Source of the DNA: Malacoraja senta
Lineage: Eukaryota
Direction of reading: 5' to 3'
NCBI GenBank assembly: GCA_038087875.1
Contig: CM075992.1
Location: forward strand, 5,582,001 to 5,646,000
DNA: 64,000 nt
Shown: one piece after another, positions 1 through 51,225 of the stretch
Layout of the letters: every line of letters begins with the position of its first letter
Position numbering within the stretch: position 1 is the stretch's first letter
Position numbers and translations under genes: made by a program
The notes under the pieces: generated by a model
The model's input: only the letters and a program-made list of their open reading frames with translations
Databases searched by the model: none
Told to the model about the DNA's origin: nothing

Positions 1-144
1 CGAGAATTTGCGCCGAGTTAAAATTATTGACAATTAATTTACATGTAACCGTCCAGTTTCAAAATATTCCTATTCGTCAGAGTGAATGTTAACCAAGGGA
101 ACAGGAGAACTTCATCCAGCGCACGGCACCACAGGGAAATTCCA

Positions 145-997
145 ACACCAACCAAAAGTCGGTGGTTTTGCAGATAGTGAAGATGGTTGTGAAAAATTGC
201 AGCAGGATCTTAATCGATTGGCCAGGCAGGCTGAGGAATAGTTGATGGAATTTAATATAGAGAAATGCGAGGTGTTGCATGTTAGGAAGTCTAACATGGG
301 CAGGGCCTACACAATGAATGGTAAGGCTCCGGGGAGTGTTGTAGAGCAGAGGGATCTAGGAGTGCAGGTGCATGGTTCCTTGAAGGTGGAGTCGCAGGTA
401 GATCGGGTGGTCAAAAAGGCTTTTGGCACATTGGCCTTCGTCAGGGAGAATATTGAGTAGAGAGTTTGGGAGGTCATGTTGCAGTTGTATAAGACGTTGG
501 CGAGGCCGCATTTAGAGTATTGTATTCAGTTCTGGGCACCATGCTATAGGGAAGATGTTGTTAAGCTACAGGTACAGAGAAGATTTATGAGGATGTGGCC
601 AGGACTTGAGGGTCTGAACTATAGGGAGAGGTTGAGAAGGCTGGGACTATTCCTTGGAGCACAAGAGGATGAGAGGTGATCTTATAGAGGTGTATAAAAA
701 CATGAGAGAACTAGATCGGGTAGACGCACAGAGTCTCTTGCCCAGTGTAGGTGAATCGAGGACCAGAGGACATAGGTTTAAGTTCAAGGGGAAAAGATTT
801 AATAGGAATCTGAAGGGTAACCTTTTCCACACAAAGGGTGGTGGGTAGATGGAACAAAGTGCCAGAGGTGGGGTTATCCCAACATTTAAGAAACAGTTGG
901 ACAGGTACATGGATAGGACAGATTTGGAGAGATGTGGACCAAGTGCAGGTGGGCCGAAGCGCCTATTTCCACGCTGTATCTCTAAAATAAACTAAAA
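145..997 (+). mobile_element. 5'-truncated CR1-clade LINE (RT C-terminus and 3' UTR), intronic in the DR1-like gene
   Basis: ORF fragments MEFNIEKCEVLH, LYKTLARPHLEYCIQFWAP and RMRGDLIEVYK/RTRGH are typical CR1 ORF2 C-terminal motifs; broken by stops and frameshifts; ends in a gggccgaag..gctgtatctctaaaataaac tail. Confidence 0.9.
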
Positions 998-1024
998 AGT
1001 AATCTGCAGAGGTGAATAACGTAC

Positions 1025-1247
1025 CTTGTATGGTGTGCTGTGGTGAGATGGTCTTTTTATCAGACTTGTTGCAGATTTCATTTGCTTCTGAGGATAGTAA
1101 ATGAATAAACTCAGTGCAGCAGTTCACCACCATCTCCCTGGCGTCATTCGCGACCCTGATGTTGGGTAGGATCTCTTTGATAATCTTGTTGATGGCAGCT
1201 CTTGGAATAGTTAAGTCTTCGTCATTGTTGCCGGAAGACGAGGCCAT
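1025..1247 (-). CDS. DR1: DR1/NC2-beta-like gene, first coding exon (histone-fold region); remaining exons left of the window
   Basis: ATG at 1247 gives MASSSGNNDEDLTIPRAAINKIIKEILPNIRVANDAREMVVNCCTEFIHLLSSEANEICNKSDKKTISPQHTIQ, recognisably DR1; 223 nt ending in a phase-1 donor CAAG|GTACGT at 1024, matching the vertebrate DR1 intron position as recalled. Confidence 0.92.
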
Positions 1248-4200
1248 ACTCCTTTTTTTCATCTGTGGTTCTTTGAGGTTTGTTTTCAAAGGGCTATCCC
1301 AATTCAGATATGGATCTGCCAAGTCACACGAATACACAAGCCTGCGTAAATCTGATCCACAACACTGTTTGATCCAATAAGATCCAACAGCAAAACATAG
1401 CTGAGCACAAGGAACAGAGGATTAAAATATGCTCCCGATAACCTGAAAAGCAAACCAAAAGACTTTTCAATATGAAAGCTTGCACAATTGCACAATTAAT
1501 TGATCAATAATATTCACAGACAATAGTGTGAATAAAGCAAACAGACCTAGAGAAACTCAGTGGCTTCAGCTGCAGTGGGTAACCCTGTGTTTAAGATAGG
1601 TTTGATTCAGCTGAACCTACGTAGAGTTTCACAACAGCTTGTGGGAGAGAGAAGTCAGGTAGAGCAGAGAGGCAAAGAAAGGTAACAGCGGGGAATAGGG
1701 TTGAGTGGACATTGGGGAGATATGTAGAAGAAAGTATGGGAAAGGGGGGGGGAAAGGAAGAGTATTTTTAGGAAGGGGGATGTTTCTAGAAGGCGGAGGA
1801 GTGTTTCCAGGGAGGGAGGGATGTTTGGAGGGAAAGAGGAATGTTTGCGGGAGAAGGTGGAAAGTGTTGGGGAAAGAGTGAAGGGACACGTTTGGAGAGG
1901 AAGGATGAAATGGGAAAGTATAGAGTGTCATGGATGGGGGGGGGGTGTTGGTTGAAGAGCGGATGGACAGGGAGTGTTTGGGGCGGTGCAGCTATGAGGG
2001 AGTGAAGGGGTGCAATGGATGAAGAGCGGGTGTTTGAAGGTTGCCAAGTGGAGGGGGAGTGTTTGGAGGGAGAGGATGTTGGGAGAAAGGATGTTAGACT
2101 GTATTGGGATGCAGAGAGGATGGGGATGGGGGTGGAGAGGAAGTGATGGGAGAAGCGGGGATGGAGGAAGGTTGGAGGTGGGATGTTTGGAGGGAGAGCA
2201 TGCTGGGGTGGAGGTATATTTAGAGGGTGAGAGCATTGGGGCAGGGGGGTGATTGGAGGCAGGAGATGTTAGTGGTGGATGTGGAGTGCATGGATGGAGA
2301 TGGCGGTGCAGCTGCAAAGGGTGTTTGCAATGGAGAAGAATATCTTTTATGGGATGAGCATGTTAGAGATGGGTAGGACAGCGTTCGTAGGGAGAGGATG
2401 TTAAGGGGTTTGGAGGGAGACAGTGTTGGGGTTCAGGGGGTTTGTTTGTAGGCTGGATTTATGGAGGGTGGAGAAGGAGAACTTGGAGGGGCTATTGGGA
2501 GCAGATGGGGAGAGTTTGCAGGAGCTACCGGCATTCAAGGGGAAGAGTTTGCAAGGGCTATTCGGGGTGGAGCGGGAGGATTTGTAGGGTGGCGGTATTG
2601 GAGGTGGAGGGGGAGTGTTTGGAGGGAACGAGTGTTGGGAGTGGAGTGCCTGGAGGGAGGAGGTGCTGGGGTAGACGTGTTTGTGGAGAGGGGATGCAAG
2701 GGGAGGAAGAGTTTGGAGGCCGGGGGCAGTAGGGGAGAGTTTGGATGGAGGGGACGTTGGGGGCGGAGGAGGTGTTGTGGGGGGAGGGCGAGTTGGGTGC
2801 GGAGGGGGAGTATTCGGAGGGATGGGGTGGAGGGGGTGAGTGTGGGGGGAGAGGTTGTTGGGGATCGATGGTAAGAGTTTGGAGAGAGAGTGGGGTGGGT
2901 GTGGACGGGGAGGGTTTGGGGAGACGGGGTGCAGTGGGAGCGGTTTCAGGCAGAAATAGTTGGGGATGGAAGGGGTGAGTTTCGAGGGGGGCGGTGTTGG
3001 GGGCAGAGGGGGTGCATATGGTGGGATGGGGTACTGGCAGTGGAGGGGGAGGGTTTGCTGTGTCGGAGGGAGGAATTTGGGAAGGAGAGCGGGGTTGGAC
3101 GGCGAGTACAGTTTGCAGACACACGCTGTTTGCACAGAGGAGATTAGTTGGTTGGAAAAGGTAGTTTGGATGGGTGGAGATGTCGGGAGGGTGTGTGAAG
3201 GGAGGGGATTGGAACAAAGCATGAATGTTTGGTGGGTGGGTTTGGGGGGAAGGAGTGTTGGAGGGGGAGGTGGAGTGTATGGAGGGAGGGTCTGATCGGG
3301 GTGAAGTGGAATGGGGGTTTGAAGGGGGAGAGTGAATGGGGTCTGTTTGGAGGGAGGGGGTGTTGGGGGTGGAGGGGGGGTGTTTGGTGGAAGGGGTAGC
3401 TGGGAGTGTAAAGGGGTGTTTGGAGGGAGAGGGTATTGGGAATGGAGGGGGAGCATTGGGAGGGAGGGTGTGTTGGGTGCGGAGTGGAATTGTTTGAAGG
3501 GAGGGTGAGTTGGGGGTGGAGGGGGCGTTTTCGGAGGGAGGGGATGCTGGGAGTCGAGGGGGAGCATTTTGAGAGATGGGCTACAGGGACTGGGAGAGGA
3601 GTAATTGGAGAAAGTAGTTGGGGATGCAAGGGGTATGATTGTAGGGTTGGGCTGGAGGGAGGGGGAGTGTTTAGAGGGAGGTAGAGGAGAATTGTTTGAA
3701 GTGATGACGTGCTGAGGATAGAGAAGGAGCGCTATCGTGGAGGGGGAATTTTGTTCTGATGGTGGGGGAGTTTTGGAGCATGGCAGTTTGGAGGAAAGGC
3801 AGGTCGAAGTGGTGGGTAGCATTTGCGGATAGGGGTTGTTTGGATGAAGAGCGCTGTTTGGATAGATGAAGACATTGGGCGAATGGGATCGGAAGGAAGC
3901 CTGAACATTCGGAGGGAGCGAGAACTGGGGCGACGGGAGGCGATTCGGAGAGAGCTGGTGATGGGGTGGAGAGGGTGAGTTGGGGTACGAGGCAGAGTGA
4001 TAGGTGGGAATAGGCGTCGGGGATGGAGAACGTGTACCCAGAGGGAGGCCATGTTGGAGGGAGAGGGGACAAGGGACGAGAGGGCATTGCAGCGGGATTG
4101 CAGGGAGAGGGGACAAGTTGGGGCCGTAGGGGAAATGTTTTGAGGGAGGGGGCGTTGGGAGTGGAGGTGGAGCATCTGGAGGGAAGGGCTTTGGGGGTGG

Positions 4201-5222
4201 AGGTGGAGAGGTTGGAGGGAGGGCGCTGGGCATTGAGGTGAGCTGTTTGAAGTGAAACGGGTTGGGTGCAGTTGGGGAGTGTTCGGACAGAGGGGATTTG
4301 GGGCTGCGAGGAGAGTGCTTGGACGAAGACGGTGGTCGGGTGGCGGGGATGAGTTTGGAGGGAGGGGTAATGCTCGGAGGGAGCGAAAGGGGGAAGCTGT
4401 TATGTTTGGAGAGGCGGGGTTTAGGGAGAGAGCGTGGGTGGGGGGAGAGTGGTTTGAGGGAGGGGAGTGTTGAGGGAGTGAGTGGGGGGGCAGGGGGTGT
4501 TGTGGAAGAAGATGGTGCTTGGAAGGAAGTCGTCTGGTAGGTGGAGGGGCAGTATTTGGAAGGAGGGGGTATTGGAGGCGGAGGGGGAGTAATCGGAGGG
4601 AGGGGGTGTTTGGGGAGGAGGGCAAGTGTTTGGAGAGAGGGGATGTGGGTGGGGGAGCAGTGTCTTGAGGAAGGGGTTTGTGGTTGGAGAGAAAGGGTTT
4701 GGAAGGAGACAATGTCAGGGGTGGAGTTGGTGTTTTTGGAGGGTGAGGATTTACAGGGTGGATTTAGATTGTTTGTTGTGAGGTGGTACTGAGGGTGAGG
4801 GTTGGGGGTGAAGGAGGAGTGTCTGGAGGAAGGGGGAGTTGGGGGTGGAGGTGGGGTGTTTGGAGGGAATGGGTGGTGGAGAGGCAGTGAGGAGTCAAGG
4901 GAGAGGATGTCGAGTGAGAAGATGTTGGGAGTGGATGCGGAGTGTGTGAAGGGAGGGGTTTCAGGGAGCGGGGGGTAAGTGTCTTGGCGGAAGGGTTGCT
5001 TGATAGAGAGGGAGAGTTTTGGGGGGAATGTTGGGGATGGAGTATTTTGAGGGAAGGATTGCTCAGAGTCGGGAGGCTGCATTTGGAGAGGAGGGAAAAT
5101 GAGAGTGACAGGGGAGAGTGCGGAGAGTGAGGCTGCTGGAGGTGAAGTAGTAGTATTTGGAGGGATGGCTTGTTCTGGGTGGAAGGGAAGTACTTTGAGA
5201 GAGGAGTGTTGGGAATACAGTA

Positions 5223-5276
5223 GGGGTGGAAGATTGCAACCTTCACGTGGTCCGCCCTGTTTCGACGAATGCAATC
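5223..5276 (+). ncRNA. Minimal HDV-like (CPEB3-type) self-cleaving ribozyme, intact, at the 5' end of a short retroelement
   Basis: P1 GGGGUGG(5223-29)/CCGCCCU(5252-58) with G1-U wobble; P2 GAUUGCA(5232-38)/UGCAAUC(5270-76); P3 ACC/GGU; L3 UUCACGU; P1.1 C5244-G5259; P4 reduced to U-UUCG-A; J4/2 C5266-G-A-A. Confidence 0.85.
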
Positions 5277-5356
5277 AACCTGTGCACAATCAAATAAGAT
5301 CAAACAGAACAAGTTGTCCTACAACTTTAGGCTGTGCACGCCATACGCAAGAAGAA
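5223..5356 (+). mobile_element. Ribozyme-headed SINE-like element, copy 1, (AAG)n tail
   Basis: Near-identical to 42275-42417 with the same 5' start; ends in caagaagaa. Confidence 0.85.
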
Positions 5357-7430
5357 ATGCAGGGCAGTGTTAGAGGGGAGGGGTACTGGAGATGGTGAGG
5401 AGTATTTGGGGGAAAAGGGCGTTGGACAGGAATTTTTGGGTGGGCCACAGGGTTAAGTGTGCTGGTGATGAGAAATAATGGTGACTTTGGAGGCAGAGGT
5501 TGTTGGAGGTGTGTTTGGAGAGGGGGACTGGGATAGGAGAGCTGAAGGGGATGGAATGGAGGTGTTTTGAGGGAGCGTTGGAAAGGAAGGATGGATGGGA
5601 GGTGTTTGGAAGAACAGTGTGGCAGTGAGGCAATGTTTGAGGATGGAAGGAGTGATTTGAGGGTGAGGTACAAGAGTTTTTTAGTGCACGGGAAGAATGT
5701 TTTGTGGAAGAGGAAGTTTGATTGAAGCTACATGGTAGAGTGTCAGTGTGGAAACTTGTGGAAGAGGTGCTGTAGCTAATTGTGGAGAGTTCGGCGTGGG
5801 ACAGGCCTGAGGACCCAACAGTTGAGGGGTTAGAAATGATGACAGCCGGGGAAAAAAACTGTTGTAATTGTGTGAGAGCTGCGGAAGGACATTGGTTCGC
5901 AGAAAGAGCTGGTGAATTGGGGGGAGGAGAGGGGAGGGGAGAGGAGAGTCAGGAATCTGCTGGGAAAGGAATGAGGAGCCGTTAGATGGAATGTACAGAC
6001 ATGCTGGTGAAATGTCTCTGTGAGGGTAGGAATGATTGGGAAGGGTTTCCGTAGACGATTGACTTTGCAAGGTAGCTGATACGAGAAGATGCCTTGGAGT
6101 AATATGTAGAATCAGAGTTATCTGGAAAAGATAATGGGATTGGTGACGCAGATACTACAGATCTGGAAAAGAAATAAAACAAGCTGCTAGAGATACTCAG
6201 CAAGTGAGAGGAAAAAATTGTCAACAAGCGGATTGTGCGTGCTCAAATGACAGGCAAGGAAGAAATTGAAGAAATGTAATTAGGGTTCAGTGATGCTGTT
6301 GGGGGAGGTAAAATGCACTGAGGGTAGGAGATGAATTAGAGTAATGGGGAGGGTTTGGGGGGGAGGAGGGAATAGCAGTGGAAAATTTGGTGGAAATGGA
6401 TCAGTAAAAGGGGATGGGATTGTTGTAGTGGGAAGGGGTAAGAGGGGAGAGGATGGGATCAATGTGGCAGGGGGGTTATTGTGGTGGCAAGGGGTAGGAG
6501 ACGGAGGAAGGCATGGATGTGGTGGGAAGGGAGGATGGGCTTGACTTGGGAAAAGAGGTATGAGGAAGACAGGATAGGGTTGATGTAATGGGAAGGATGG
6601 AAGGCTGCAGTTGATGTGGGGGGAAGGAGGGATTGATTTGGAGAGGGGGGAGGATGGGGTAGGAGGATGAGGGGGGAGGATTGTTACGATGGTAAAGGAT
6701 TGATGTGGGTGAGAGGGAGGAAGGAGGGTGGGGTTAATGTGGAAGGCAGGGTAGGGATAATGTGGGGAGGGGGAACGAGTAAGAGGATGGGGTAAAAGGA
6801 GAAGGTGAGGGATAGCTGTGCAGGGAAGGGGTTGATCTGGGTGGGATGCAGGGAGGATGGGGTTGTTGCAGTAGGAAAGGGTAGGAGGAGGAGGGGAGAT
6901 TGTCGATGGGAGGAAGGGGTTGTTGTGGGGGAGGATGGGGTTGATGTGAAAAGCAGGATGGGGTTGATGTAGGAGGAAGGGATATGAGGAAGTGGAGATT
7001 GTCGATGGGAGGATGAGTCGATGTCGAGGGTTGGAGGGGTTGATGTGAAAGGCAGGATGGGGTTGATGTCGTATGAAGGGGTAGGAGGAGGAATTGGAGA
7101 TTGTCGATGGGATGAAGGGGTTGAAGTCGATGGAAGGGTGGGGTTGAAGTCGATGAGGTTGATGCAGTATGAAGGGATATGAGGGTGGAAGGGGAGATTG
7201 TCGATGAGACGGTGGGGTTGAGGTCGACGAGAGGGCGGGGTTGATGTCGATCAAAGATCCTGTCGCGGAGCTGTAGGATTTTTGATGTCGATGAGGGTGA
7301 TGCAGTATGAATGGATATGAGGAGGAAGGAGAGATTGTCGATGGGAGGGAGGGAGGGCGGGTGGGGTTGTCGTGAGGGACGGGGATCGGAAGTGATGGGT
7401 TGGTCGGAGAGTGGCGGTGGCGGTGGCTGT

Positions 7431-7470
<40 letters not shown>

Positions 7471-7489
7471 AGAGGGGTTCCGCAGTTAC

Positions 7490-7615
7490 CGCCTCCCCCG
7501 GCGTCACTCCGGGACTCTCACGTCTCCCTCTCCCGCGATCTTTACCATTTTTTCATTCCAGGAGCCGCTCCACCCGCACCGGAAGCCGCTGCCAGCGCCA
7601 CTTCCGTTTCCAGGG
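7490..7615 (-). promoter_or_regulatory. Probable promoter and non-coding first exon of the DR1-like gene
   Basis: CpG-rich; ETS/GABP-type motifs CCGGAAG 7579-7585 and CACTTCCG 7599-7606; candidate minus-strand donors GCG|GTAACT at 7489 and ATG|GTAAAG near 7545. The link to the DR1 exon is inferred, not shown. Confidence 0.5.
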
Positions 7616-8079
7616 GTAACCGATTTTCAAAAACTAAATTCACCTTAAAACATTTTTTTCCAGTAATTACCACAATTCCTCTTCTATTTGCTCCTTTATT
7701 AAATTTCCATGTCTGGTCCGACGCTATTATATTTATATTTTATGAAAACAATGCTTTCTCGCATTGCATTCTGGGGGTTGTAGTTTTGACCTGCTGTGGT
7801 GTTTAAATTCAAAACTTATTACTAACGAACCTTATTTATCAAAACCAACACCTGCTGAGAACTCAACACAAATTTAGAACAAAGCGTGTAAGTGGATCTA
7901 GCGCCAGTGTAGTTATCAAAAGCTTCTGTTTGCTTTCCATAATTATTCCTAAATTTCCATAATCTTTTCCAATAAGAACACTTCTTGTGATGTAATTTTA
8001 TTTGTATTTATTACGTTTTTTTCCAAAATAAACAGTTTCTATTTGTTTTTTAGCTTTTTTTTTTAAACCATTAAATGAG

Positions 8080-8294
8080 CTGCTCGGTGGTGACCGAGAA
8101 GTCCCGCCTTTTTAGGGCGGGCTGTTACTTGATTGGTCCGTTGTAGGCGGCGTGTACAAAATGGAAGGCGGCTATTGGTTGGCGGACACGTCGGTCAGTG
8201 AAGGTTGCCGTCGCGGATTGGCTCTGAGGGCTGTCCGTCACACGTGGTCCTCCCCCCCCCTCCCCCTCCCGCCGCCGCTTCCGGCAGTGCGGTG
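8080..8294 (+). promoter_or_regulatory. CpG-rich TATA-less promoter/5' UTR of GPR108
   Basis: GC boxes (cccgcc ~8103, gggcggg ~8115), three reverse CCAAT boxes (attgg ~8132, ~8175, ~8217) and an E-box cacgtg at 8241, directly upstream of exon 1. Confidence 0.7.
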
Positions 8295-49523
<41,229 letters not shown>

Positions 49524-51225
49524 AACCGGCCGTTTTCGGATTGCTCGATTCCATGGCAACGAGGCCTGACCCTCCAGCTAGAAATTGGGAGAAAGAACTG
49601 GTACAGGAAATGCGAGTGGTTAAAATGTGTTGGGCAATCACAGGCTCCTGTTGCAATTCCAGTTCGGTAACTGTTAGAGAGCAAATAAAGTGGTTCCTTG
49701 ATCTGTACATATGTAATACATATATTATATCTTTCTATGATACTCTAGCAGGAAGTATTTTATTTCTGAACCTCTGACCAAACTCTTAGGATAAGTGGAG
49801 AACGATATTGTTACAATATACTTCAGTTACTGTCTCACTGTGTGGTTTTTCTGCCATCCTTTGGCAGGGAAGCGCCAGTGGTTTTTATCTGCAAGTCTCC
49901 TCCGTGTCAGCAGCACTTTGTGCCGCGTGATAACCTTCTCTTTCGTCTCTCGTCTGCATGGCCTTGTATTTGAAGGATGGCTTGCCCCGGATAATGTGTC
50001 TCCCAGCTAAGTCTGTAGCTGAGATTCTTGCCAGGAAAGCCGAACCAGAACCGGTTTGACAGCATGCGGGCATTATTTAATTGTGTTACTCAGGATCTGG
50101 TACTGGGAGGGAATTGATCCACAAACTATTGGAGCATATTAGAGAGAGCTTCTCTTGTAATTCATCATCGTGAAATGTTACATTTTCTTTTATTTTTGGA
50201 AGGGAATAGGATTGGTGGAAGGAGGTGTTTAGAAACAGCTCCTGAAAAGCTTTGCCTTCCCAGAAAATGACTTGCCAGCAGCAGTGGTGAGATGCCTATC
50301 TTTATGTAGGTTAATTGTGTCTGGGCAGTAACTTCTCTCCAAGCATCTCTAAACTCCCAACAAACTGGTTATACTTCAGATTTCCTGTTATTTGTATAAA
50401 GACGACTCCTTTTGTACTATTTTTTTCCTTTGCAGTGACTTTAAATCAGTTCTATAGTGAACGTCAGCTTTGCAACTCCTGTCTTTGGGTTTGAGTCTTT
50501 GCATCCGGCTGGTATGATAGGAATTGATGATGTGTATAAAGATTGACGTTAAAGAAAACTGTATAAGGGTATAAATATTTATAATTTTCTTATGAACCGG
50601 TGTAGAAATTTGTATTAAAATAAATTTCAGTGCTTTTAAATTACAGTAAGATTAGTGCTTAAATTATGGGATTCTTGAACTGTCCAAACATTTTTTTTTA
50701 CATATTATTATGTTCTTCTCGTGTCTTTGTGTTGCTCATCATTCTGTTGTGCTCCTTAAGTTTCTCATTGTGTGATGCCGCTCGGCCCACCTTGTATGTG
50801 TTTTATTGGGGTACAGCTGACCTTTCCGAGTGGCTATTCCTGTGCAAGGTTAGACGATAAGTATTGGGTTGCAGCTGACCATCAGAGCAAGTGCCTTTTC
50901 CAGCCGTATTCTTGATGCTCAACATACGCACCAAGAAAGCTGCCTTCTCCGGCTCGAAAGGCAGCATTTTTGCACCCATGTCCTGTACATACAAGTTGCT
51001 ATGATATCCGTGTGCACTTACTGAGTGCAGGTTTAGAGAGACCACATTAAAGCAATGATTAGTACCATAGTTTTCATCAGAACCCATTTTTAATTTATGG
51101 TATTTAGTCGCCTGCTTGGTGTATTTATTTTCTCCGTTTAAATAAGTTTATGCTTTGAAATGATTCAATGTTGCTGTAATGAGATTTTAATTTGAAACAA
51201 ATAAATTGTATACCATTGGAACAAG
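49524..51225 (+). other. Probable GPR108 3' UTR with candidate poly(A) signals
   Basis: Stretch with no recognised repeats after the stop; AATAAA at 49684, 50619 and 51200; repeats resume at ~51280. The signal actually used is unknown. Confidence 0.5.

Larger units (their letters stand above)
1630..7470. repeat. ~5.8 kb strand-asymmetric purine/G-rich low-complexity tract of degenerate tandem units
   Basis: Recurring ggagggag/gtgtttgg/ggggtggagggg units in 1630-5680, gttgatgtcgatg units in ~6560-7400, and (GGGGTC)6 at ~7435-7470; the plus strand is strongly depleted of C. Confidence 0.9.

Noticed and set aside
963..1337. 124-aa ORF as a complete single-exon or retrocopied DR1
   Set aside because: Homology stops exactly at a GT donor (1024); the flanking residues are intron or UTR read-through.
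2401..5274. 957-aa Pro/Ser-rich ORF on the minus strand, plus ORFs 3732-4712, 6280-7254 and 6734-7507
   Set aside because: By-product of the C-rich strand of the low-complexity tract, where stop codons are scarce; overlapping ORFs in several frames, no domain, and the ORF start lies inside the inserted SINE-like element. RNA-seq or proteomics could overturn this.
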